Assembly: GCF_036588685.1 (NCBI RefSeq)
Contig: NC_086379.1
Location: forward strand, 83,762,001 to 83,826,000
DNA length: 64,000 nucleotides
Direction: 5' to 3'
DNA from: Mytilus trossulus
Taxonomy: Eukaryota
Made by a program: the position numbers and the translations under genes
In this document: positions 48,961 through 60,260 of the stretch, piece after piece
How the letters are laid out: the number at the start of each line of letters is the position of its first letter
How positions within the stretch are numbered: position 1 is the stretch's first letter
The notes under the pieces: model-generated
Database searches by the model: none
What the model was told of the DNA's origin: nothing
The model's input: only the letters and a program-made list of their open reading frames with translations

Positions 48961-49998
48961 TAATCAGTTTAGTAACAGTTGTATTGAGGAATACATATAG
49001 TAGTATTTAAAAAAAATTGATAAGTTGTAGAAATATTCAATCCTAACTGTAATTGCAATCATCTTTTAATCTACAGTAGTTTGATAATGGGAATTTAGGC
49101 TTATTACAAATTTGGAACAAATTAAGTGGGTCATTCATTAATTGCCCTACATTTTATTTACATGAGGTGTAAAATAAAATCATCACATTTTCTCATTTTT
49201 TCATGTTTGTTCACTTAACATGCTTAAAGCAGGGACCATGCATGAAGAAATGAACAAACTGTGTGGAGATTTAATCTTTACAGAGGATCATGTTGGGGTA
49301 CATTTGTACCATCATGACAAATAATGGTATAAATTCTTGTCAAATGTGAAATGAAGTTTATAACTGTTATATTTGGAACATGACGATAAAATGTACACTG
49401 TCTTTATGACTGATAAAATGTACACTGTCTTTATGACTGATTTTCATGATTTTGACAAACCACATTTAATTTATTATAAAAATAACTTAAAAAATAATGA
49501 TTTGAGACCTCTGACTGTCAATCACGATAAGGATATAGTTTGATGAATGACAGTAAAATTGTAATATATTTGATGCTTACTGTAGCCTAAAATTACCAAT
49601 TGATGCCTGCATGACATGAAACATGTTAAAGGGCATTTGACCTATGCTTGTTTATACTCCATTATCACTATTTGTTTTCATTTACATACATGTAGGTTCC
49701 TATATCATTTTGATATCACATTTAAAATGTCTGATGCCACTCTGGAAAATTAAAAGGGTATTGTTGTACATGCATTCTATTATGTCAATAGTTCATAAGT
49801 GGCTTATTCCTTAATTAATAAGGTCTATTAGACTGTTATTCTTTCAACTAAGGCTGTAGTTGAGAAAGCTTCTGATTGAGTATTTGACTACAGGATATCA
49901 GAAGGTATTTACCAGAATTAGATAAAATGTATTTCAAGACATGGTTCCAAGAATATCACAATGTTTCAAATAAAGTATTGTTATATTTTCAGATAAAA

Positions 49999-52900
49999 AT
50001 GAGAAGTTTTGTAAAAATTAAGGAAGAGACAGATGCTAGTTTACATCTTGTTAAAGAAAGTGGTCTATATGGTTATGCACTCCTTACAGGTAACATTGTG
50101 TATATTATAAGTATATATAACATATCAATAATGTAAAGTAAGAAATATAGATGATTGTCATGTCTGAGGGGGCGGCAGGACCTTTTTTGGGACATCAGGA
50201 TCAGGTGTTTTTTTCGGGATTGACCCTTTAGCATGTTTAGGAATCCAGGATTTCTTTTTTCAAATTTCAGGTTATCAGTTTGTTTTAATTTCAGGACCTA
50301 ATGTTTTTAAGCCCTGATTTCAGGATCAGGACCCTCCTCCCCCTCCTCATTTCTGTTGACTGCTTTTCTACTTGTAAGCATTTGTTTTATCAATTCACAC
50401 GATTTATTGAAGGAATTAAATGCTAATATATAACTAATAGTATTACACCAAAAGAATTCAAGAACAATACCTCTTGGTTTTCTTAATTTATAAATTTTAA
50501 CTATATTAAATGTACATTAACAAATAATGTATTATACAAATATGAAACAAGAGTGCACACACTGAAATGTCTCGCCTTTACTAATCATTGATATTATGTT
50601 GATAGTCCTAAGTATAAAGCTATATTACAACTGTCACATAAACTTAATAATAACCAAGAGAGCTAAACAAAGACCAATGAACCATGAAAATGAGGTCAAG
50701 GTCAGACAAACCATGCCAGGCAGACATGTACAGCTAACAATGCTTCCATACAACAAATATAGTTGACCTTTTACTTATAGTTTAAGAAAAATAGACTAAA
50801 ACACAAAAACTTAACACTGCAATGAACCTTGAAATTGAGGTCATGGTCAAATAAAACCTGCAAGACTGACAAATAGATCATAATATATTTCCATACAACA
50901 AATCTAGTAGACCTATTGCATATAGTATGAGAAAAACAGACCAAAACACAAAAACTTAACTATAACCACTGAACCATGAAAATGAGGTCAAGGTCAGATG
51001 ACACCTGCCAGTTGCACATGTACACCTTACAGTCCTTCCATATACTAAATATACTAGCCCTATTGCTTATAATATCTGAGATATTGACTTGACCACTTAA
51101 ACTTAACCTTGTTCACTGATCCATATAATGAGGTCGAGGTCAAGTGAAAACTGTCTGACAGGCATGAGGACCTTGCAGGGTAGGCACATACCATATATAG
51201 TTATTCTATTACTTATAATAAGAGAGAATTCAACTTTACAAAAATTATGAACTTTTTTTTCAAGTGGTCACTGAACCATGAAAATGAGGTCAAGGACATT
51301 GGACATGTGACTGGCCGAAACTTCTTAACATGAGGCATCTATATACAAAGCATTAAGCATCTAGGTCTTTCACCTTCTAAAATATAAACCGTTTAGAAGT
51401 TAGCTAACGCCGCCGCCGGATCACTATCCCTATGTCGAGCTTTCTGCAACAAAAGTTGCAGGCTCGACAAAAAACAATGCATATTGGATTCAAGATGTTT
51501 ACAAAAAGTCAGCTGTAACTTTTGAAAAATATAGCAGATTTATGTAGTTAATGTACATATAATATAGTTAATTTATAAATTAAGAAAACCCAGAGGTATT
51601 GTTCTTGAATTCAGTTGGTGTCATACTTACTAACTTCTAGAAAAAGACATAAGAAGATGTGGTATGAGTGCCAATAAGACAACTCTCAATTGTGGGTCTC
51701 ATTGAGGTCTAAGCGTGACGGGGGATTGCCAAATGTTTGTAAGCGTGACCGGTGAAATTCAAATTATTGTATCGTGAATCCAGGAAATGAGGTCTTGCAG
51801 GACCCGGGAAATGACAAACAAAAAAAGAATTGCTTACGTATATAGTGAAAGCGGGATACAGGAATCTAACAAATCAGTAAGCGGGATCCAGTATCAGAAC
51901 CCCCCCCCAATGAGACCCCCTCCATTCAAGTCACACTTTGTGAAAGCAAGCCATGTTATAGGTCAATCTACAGACTTCAACACAGAAAAATATTTGTTGG
52001 TGACAATTTACCTATGACAAATAAAGTTGAACTTTGATCCCATACTACATGTGCTGTTATGGAGTTATGTCCCTTGAAATTAAAACATTTTGAAGTGTGA
52101 ATTCATATCATTTTCAGGAATTATTCCATTAAGTTCAAATATTGTATAATATAAGCTTAAAATGTGGTTGGTGTCTATAATAATGTCCATAATTACTGGA
52201 TTTTGAAGAAGCTGTGAAATTTCTATAAATGAGGAGGGATATGACCTTTATCGGGACTCCAGGATCGTGTCTGACATTAATCAGTTTGAAAAAAAGAATA
52301 TGCATTTCCATTAATATAAAAAAAAATTGGCTGAATTTTTCTTGAAAAATTTATGTATTTATTTCTTATTGTTTTCTGTTTAGCCTTCACAGCCATTGGA
52401 TATGGAGCAGCATCTTACAGTCAAGGTATTGAAATATTAAAAATAGACATGTTTAAATATTATTATGTTGTACATTTTGTGTGTTGATATGGAGCAGCAT
52501 CTTGAAGTCAAGGTATAAAATAGACATGTTTAAATATTAGTATGTTGATTTGAAAAAGGATGTAAAATATTCCATGTACAAGATTTTTATATCATGTATA
52601 TATAACATTCTAATATAGAAAATTGAAGCTTTGTATACAGATCAATTTAAGCAAGCTTTCTGCATCTACTGCATGCAGATTTAGAACTCATGCATAGACC
52701 CATGCATGTATATATTGAGATTTATGTACTCTAAAGAAAAAAAGGTTATATCAAGAGAATAATGATAAACATGAGGCAGTGATATGTTTACACAAACATT
52801 TTTTCATAGATTCCTAATTCTGAAAAGAAGTTTACACACATTTGTTAATCTTCATAATTTTGACAGTCACTATTAGTTTACACATTTGTTTTAAATTTTT

Positions 52901-55135
52901 ATGTCTAGATTCCTATTTCTGGCAGACAGTTTACCTAACCTTTGGTGTATTTATGGGATTAGCCTGTATGGAAGACTATGAGGTATTATTTATAGATAAT
53001 AAGGAACCAATAGGTCAAGGTCATTAGGATTTAGTCTTTGATTTACCAGATATAATGAATTATAAATCTTTGCTTTGTTAAATATTCTTTATAGTAAATG
53101 CACACATTTAGTTCTGAATTAACATTCACTGATTGAAGACTTATCTATAAAAAAGATGTGGTATGATTGCCAATGAGACAACTTACTCGCCACAAGAAAC
53201 CAAAATGACTCAATAATTAACAACTAAAGGTCACTGTACAGCCTTCAACAATGAGCATAGCCCTACTAGTTTCTTATTTGGCACAAATGAAGAAAAATAT
53301 ATTAGATTGATGAAAATTGGACAGTTTTGATTTTTTTAATTGATAGCATCAACATCTTAGTATGTCACAATAGTTAAAGCTTTGGTACCAAGTGAGGAAT
53401 ATGACAGTTTTTATTTATTTGTTTGATGTTTTTGAGCTTTTGATTTTGCCATTTGATTAGGGACTTTCCGTTTCAAACTTTCCAGGTCGTTTGGTATTTT
53501 TGTGATTTTACTTTTCGTACAAGTTTTACAGAAAAATACAATATAAGAGATCTTTCCATACTTGTATGAAGAAAACAAAATGTTAATGGAAAAGACTTAA
53601 AGTTATATATATTAATCACCGTACCGTCAGAAGACTGTTGTCATACCTCCATTGAAGTCATTCATCAGAATCTTTTAATTTTAGGAATGTGTATTTAACA
53701 AAACAGATAAAGATATTCGTCTTACAAAACAGACTATATGGGATAGAATACTTAGTGTGATTAGTCAAAGGCCTGCCAGTGTGGGTGAGTTATACATACT
53801 ATTCTAAATAAAAAGACATGTGAAGCAAAGCTAGCAATTAGAAAATTCTTAATTGCCTTGAATCAATACATTTGAGAAAACTTTAGATAACCTAGCAAAG
53901 GGATCATGGTCATGCCAATAAAACAGTACTGAAATATTTTGCACTGAATGGCACATTTTTGTCTGGCCTCTAGGTATAAAACCACTAATTCATAGCTGCA
54001 TTGCTTTTTATGTTAAATTCTCGTTTTCAACCATTAATGGCCTCTTTATCTTTATATGAAAATAAAGAGATGTGGTATGGTTGCCTTAGAGATAATATGG
54101 CTCCACACCATCAAAATGGTTCATTGACTTTTGCATATTTTATATGTTTAAGTGTGTGTTCAGGTAAAATTTTTGAGTTAACCAGTTACATACACGATAA
54201 ATCCATGGTGTTTAAAAGTATCCAGTTGTGTAAGAATTGGCATTTTTCATTTCCACAGAGTTAGGTGGGTTTTTTTGCCCTGGTGCAGGATAATTTTTCA
54301 TTGACTGAATTTTAAAAAAAACATGTTAAATTACAACTTTCTGAAATATAAGGTCAGATAAATATACTTCACTGAAATCTAAATTTCTCAAGTCTTGTAA
54401 GTAAACATTTCTTTATTGCATCTTTTAAATAAAGATATAATAGGAAATAATTGTCAGGGACATTTAAATCTTGACTGCAGACCTTAAAGATTGGCAATCA
54501 AACCACATCTTCTTTTTTATATTAAAGGGAAAGAACTTATGTAATGATATTAATGAAAATTTTCTTTTAGTTGTGTTCAATATAGAAGATGTGACAGGTG
54601 TACATGTAAAAGAGGAGACTGTGACCTACTTTGGTAAAGGCTATCAGGTTGTGCTATTCATGAACTCAGGAATTGATGTAGGTGTTACCGATTCTTTTAT
54701 CTTTGGAAGAGAGAGGTAAATATATTTAGAATTTGGGTCCTTCAAAAATTTTAGTTTATTGTTTCAAATAATTACAAGTCCCATGTAATGTGAAATCTCA
54801 TAACGAAAGATTCAACTATTTTAGAAGAAATTTATCAATTTTTGGTTAAAAAATATTTTATTTAGAGAAATTATTAGTAGAATATTTCATGCTTTTATTG
54901 ATCAATGATTGGTTGTTAAATATATTTTTTTAATGAAGTTCATAGTGGAATATTTTATGTTTTTATTTACAGCTCTGAACATACTAAACTTGCTGACAAA
55001 ATAAAAGAATTTCTGAATTTATATCAACACCCAGAAGGCTTATCAGATGATAGTAGCTCAGATTCTGGAGAGGATGGGTTTGAACATATCACAGATCAAG
55101 TCATAGAGGAAGAACTGAAAAAGGACCAACAATAA
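49999..55135 (+). CDS. CYBC1: Cytochrome b-245 chaperone 1 (EROS/C17orf62) homologue, 6 coding exons, 204 aa
   Basis: Exons 49999-50089, 52384-52425, 52909-52982, 53685-53784, 54571-54715, 54973-55135 (TAA) are phase-consistent, total 615 nt. The protein has two hydrophobic segments followed by MEDYEECVFNK and VKEETVTYFGKGYQVVL, matching human EROS LEDWEEAIFDK and VEEEKVRYFGKGYMVVL as recalled. Confidence 0.88.
50546..51474 (-). mobile_element. HINE-like element with internal ~150-bp repeats; related copy at 61016-62460
   Basis: Recurring GAACCATGAAAATGAGGTCAAGG. Terminal hairpin TGTCGAGC...TGCAAC-AAAA-GTTGCA...GCTCGACA followed by an A run. Confidence 0.7.
52399..52547 (+). repeat. 87-bp-spaced duplication of a CYBC1 exon end plus 5' splice site
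   Basis: GATATGGAGCAGCATCTT(AC/GA)AGTCAAG|GTAT...AAATAGACATGTTTAAATATTA occurs at 52399 and 52486. Confidence 0.9.
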
Positions 55136-55474
55136 ACAGAGGACTAGATATTATCTAAGTGGTAATCGTTGACCTGGTACTTAATTCAGATTAATTTTTT
55201 TTAATTCTTACAATGATGTTTGTATTTATGTTTTTCAAAAGTTAGATTTGATGAGGATGAATATATATGTCAATTTTCTTCTAAAAATAATTGTTGTATA
55301 AATAGTTTAAATATATTTTTTTAATCAGCCAAAATGTTTTTGGACTAAATTTTTATTTTTTTATCATTTTGTAAATGTTTTATCCCCGTTATAAAATCTG
55401 ACAGTGTGATCTTAATAAATCAGTGAATGGAAATAATGCAACGTTGCAATTGACTATAATTTAAATAGTTTTAG

Positions 55475-55785
55475 TGTAGGGTGAATGATATTATTGCATT
55501 GCAATATAATATTTCCCACAGAAAGTAACCAAAAGTAAGCGTGCAATAAATTTCAATATTGTACTAGTGCAATAAATCTTCAAAATTCATGACGCCATCA
55601 ACGACAAAATCTTAGTTCAAACCTGTTTTTACTTTCAAATATTATATTGCTATACAATAAAAGGGTTATTTCATGAATATTGGGGAATATTGTCCCTCGT
55701 AGAACATATATTGCACTTGCAAGCTCATGCAATATAAAGGTTTACTTGGGACAATATTCCCCAATATTCATGCAATAACCCTATA
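55475..55785. mobile_element. Hairpin-ended non-autonomous DNA element
   Basis: Stem AGGGTTATTTCATGAATATTGGGGAATATTGTCCC / GGGACAATATTCCCCAATATTCATGCAATAACCCT (55662-55782). Confidence 0.55.
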
Positions 55786-56399
55786 GTATTTAGTTCCCAT
55801 AAAAACTTTTATGACACATAATGTGAGTGCCTCTAAGTATTTTATCACTTTGATTCCACAAAATATTCTCCAGTCATTTTCAAATGAGATTTGATATTTT
55901 CAACATAATTTTTTTTTTTTAAAAGTAAGAAATATTCTATTTTAAAGTTCACACCTTTAAACTTTTTGAACAAATGTTGAATGGAAGACAAACTTTTGAA
56001 TTAAGTTGTCACAAAATCTTGTTAATAACCTCTCAAGTAAAATAAATTTGAATTTTTTGAATGGGTCGATATGATATTAGTTTTTGTAATGTGATCTTTT
56101 CTTTTTCATCATTTATTTATGGTGACTGGTTTTTTTTCTAAATAAAGGCAAGGAAAATTAGTTTTATAACTTTTTATTGCTAAGCCTCTTCTAGTCTGAA
56201 AGTGTTCGCATTTATTTTATTGGATGTGTTTTCAATTTACACCCTAACATATTTATAACTGTACAAAAATATAATTAATGGAAGTTTTTCACTGGGACAT
56301 TATTTTATATTCGAATAGTTGTACTGATGTTCATGTAAAAACCTTGAGTAAAACTGACCAAAAGAATCATTTATGATGTAATTGTTTTACTGTAATTGC

Positions 56400-57853
56400 T
56401 ACTGTTCCTGAATCAATTACTTTGTAGTTAAATGAAATAATTCCTGTGTAGTTAATTTACTCAATTACAGTGCAGTTAATTGAATCAATTAATGTGTAGT
56501 TAATTGAATCAATTAATTGTAGTTAATTGAATCAATTAATGTGTAGTTAATTGAATCAATTAATGTGTAGTTAAATGAATCAATTACTGTGTAGTTAAAT
56601 GTATCAATTACTGTGTAGTTAAATGAATCAATTACTGTGTTGTTAATTGAATCAATTAATGTGTAGTTAATTGAATCAATTAATGTGTAGTTAATTGAAT
56701 CAATTAATGTGTAGTTAATTGAATCAATTAATGTGTAGTCAATTGAATCAATTAATGTGTAGTTAAATGAATCAATTGCTGTGTAGTTAATTGAATCAAT
56801 TACTGTGTAGTTAAATGAATCAATTAATGTGTAGTTAATTGCATCAATTAATGTGTAGTTAATTGAATCAATTAATGTGTAGTTAAATGAATCAATTAAT
56901 GTGTAGTTAAATGCATCAATTAATGTGTAGTTAATTGAATCAATTAATGTGTAGTTAATTGAATCAATTAATGTGTAGTTAATTGAATCAATTAATGTGT
57001 AGTTAATTGAATCAATTAATGTGTAGTTAATTGAATCAATTAATGTGTAGTTAATTGAATCAATTAATGTGTAGTTAATTGAATCAATTAATGTGTAGTT
57101 AATTGAATCAATTAATGTGTAGTTAATTGAATCAATTAATGTGTAGTTAAATGAATCAATTGCTGTGTAGTTAATTGAATCAATTACTGTGTAGTTAAAT
57201 GCATTAATTACTGTGTAGTTAATTGAATCAATTAATGTGTAGTTAATTGAATCAATTACTGTGTAGTTAAATGCATTAATTACTGTGTAGTTAATTGAAT
57301 CAATTAATGTGTAGTTAATTGAATCAATTAATGTGTAGTTAATTGAATCAATTAATGTGTAGTTAAATGAATCAATTGCTGTGTAGTTAATTGAATCAAT
57401 TAATGTGTAGTTAATTGAATCAATTACTGTGTAGTTAAATGAATCAATTACTGTGTAGTTAAATGAATCAATTGCTGTGTAGTTAATTGAATCAATTAAT
57501 GTGTAGTTAATTGAATCAATTAATGTGTAGTTAAATGAATCAATTGCTGTGTAGTTAATGGAATCAATTACTGTGTAGTTAAATGAATCAATTGCTGTGT
57601 AGTTAATTGAATCAATTACTGTGTAGTTAATTGAATCAATTAATGTGTAGTTAAATGAATCAATTGCTGTGTAGTTAATTGAATCAATTACTGTGTAGTT
57701 AAATGAATCAATTACTGTGTAGTTAATTGAATCAATTAATGTGTAGTTAATTGAATCAATTAATGTGTAGTTAATTGAATCAATTACTGTGTAGTTAAAT
57801 GCATCAATTACTGTGTAGTTAAATGCATCAATTACTGTGGAGTTAATTGAATG
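56400..57853. repeat. 24-bp minisatellite, ~58-60 copies
   Basis: Unit TGTGTAGTTAATTGAATCAATTAA contains the 17-bp quasi-palindrome TTAATTGA-A-TCAATTAA. Confidence 0.98.
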
Positions 57854-59999
57854 AAGCAGGACAGTATGTATTGTTAACTCGGTGATTGGGTATACTTTTA
57901 TCATAGAACTTATCATTATTGGTTAAAATTTCTGTATAATTAGTAAGTGCTTGTTCATAGGAACCATACACATGTCGCATTTATATTAATATTACTATTT
58001 GTATGTAATGACTGTTTAAAATATTCAAATCTGTGTAATCCTTAATGTTTAATTAAAATACCATTAGATTACTAAAATTAGTGCCATAATTCATTTTTTC
58101 AAAAATAACCCTTTCTTGCATATATAGTGGCATTTAATTTTTTTTATTCTTAATTTCTAAAAGGTCATGTAAATAAATAGTTTGGGAAAATTAAGTTGGT
58201 TTACATTGTATTTAGTATTAATCTGTGGTTATTAGTAGAATCTCCTTAATCTGTTAAAATATATTGTTAACACTACTTTTAGTTCCTGGTTTGAATCAAT
58301 ATTGTAATGTTTCAAGTATAATCATAACTTCTCTACAGAATCCTTTATAATTCAATCAGTATGATAATCTGCTCACCGATGTCAATGAAAATTATCAATT
58401 TGTCATTCAGAACTCGTTCAGGATTTTGATATCATGAGGCTATCATCTGATTGGTTATCTCAAACAGAGAGCGCCTATTAAAATTCTGGACTTGTGACAC
58501 ATTTAAATTGTATATAGAGTTCAGGCCCTTATGAGTCTGAGAGTTGATCAGGAGAAGGGACTTAATTACTCCAGTAACTTCTTCAGTTTTAAAGAACTGG
58601 TACAATTTTTACATAAACAACAAACAAAATTAAAATGCAGACTTTAACGGAATATACCATTCTTTTATTCAATTAAATATTTACTTTTTGAAAATTCTAA
58701 ACTGGTTTTAAAAACATTTCTTTTGATCCTTTTGACACAGTGACTGATAATGTCACATGCAAAGAACACATTTTTTTGCAGTTCTGTGAAAAATTTTGTA
58801 TGTACATATCATAAGATAAACAGTAGGCACTACCTTATCATGCAATAGGGTATCTCAACAATTAAATTTTGTCTCAAGTGGACATTTCTTGTGATCTATA
58901 GGTTATGTGAAGCACACATGCAGTTATGTTTAAAAACAGGAAAGTGGGGTTTTTTTTGCTCAGTTTATGATTGTAGGAACTTTAGTTGTTTTCCTTTTTA
59001 TTAGAACACATATGAAATGAATGTTTTACAATGTAATAGAAAGTTACACTATGTATAATTAGATATTCATATTTTATCTTGTTTATGTCTGGAGATATAT
59101 ATTACCCTTTATAGTATAATTTGATATTGTTGTAGTATTGATATTAATTGTTGACTGATTAACACAGGGTTAATTCTGTGGAAATATTTGTTATAACTGC
59201 CAAGAATGGAGATTGGTGTTTTATATCCAATTATTTAATTTGATAATTATACAAAAACACCAATTCTTTGTTTTTATCGTTAAATATTATCACAAGGTGA
59301 CAGGATTTAATTTCATATCACGTTATTGTTCATATTATATGGTACTTTTATTATAGACATTTAAAACTTTTCATGTAAATCATAAGGTGGTTCTCCCTTA
59401 CATACATTGTTATATACAAATGTGTTCTTATAGTGGTATTTATGTTTGATTAGTCCAAAATGTAAAATAGGACCATTATTTTGAAGTAATCTCGATGGTA
59501 ATACAAAACATCTCTAGTAGTCATTTAATTAAGTACTGTAGATTTATTATTATTTCAATTTTCATGAATTTCATAATTATAGATGAAATGTTCAACAAAA
59601 TACAACTTTCCTTAAGGCTTGTTTGCTGAAATTGTTTCAACTTTAAAATTAAGTATCTACAGAAATACAATTTTTCGTCCATCCCCCAAAATTAATACCA
59701 TTGAAAATAAGAAGATAAACAGTAGGAAAGAATAAAAATGTTGGGTCAAGTCAGTACACAGTAAGGTACACAATGAAATGTTTATCATTATGACCAATTT
59801 CTTACAGTTATATTTTGAACAATACCTTTTTGTGTCTTTTCATTTTTTTTAAAGGAAAGTGATGATGTTCTCAAGTATTCAATCAATCCTAAGGTGGTTT
59901 TTTTTTATATAAAATACCATCAATGTCTGCCTTTAGCTTTACTGTATGTCTGATAACTTATTATTGATTTGGTCCAAGTTCCAAATGTTGTATTATTTA

Positions 60000-60260
60000 T
60001 AGATTATTGTTGATCATCTCAACAAGATTGATTTTCTCACTTGAGCCTGTCTGGCGAAAGCGAGAAAAGCAATCGAGTTGAGATGACTAATGATAATCTG
60101 TTTATCGCTATTTTACCTATCATGACGTTGTCAATTTCATTAGTAGCACCACGTGCATGCTTAGTTTATAGCGATAATTTTCCATCTCAAGCGAGTAGCA
60201 CGATATGAAAAATTATCACAAAAAACAATCAAAGGAAAAATGCACAAAATAGCAATAATA
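60000..60260. mobile_element. Hairpin-ended non-autonomous DNA element
   Basis: Stem AGATTATTGTTGATCATCTCAAC...GTTGAGATGACTAATGATAATCT (60001-60099) with a GAGCCTGTCTGGCG loop. Confidence 0.5.

Noticed and set aside
16258-57853. Regular arrays as CRISPR loci
   Set aside because: Units are head-to-tail with no unique spacers, there are no cas genes, and the context is intron-containing eukaryotic DNA.
56513-57916. 467-aa (NYTLIDSI)n ORF resembling a glycosylated repeat protein
   Set aside because: Product of a 24-bp minisatellite with no unique coding flank.
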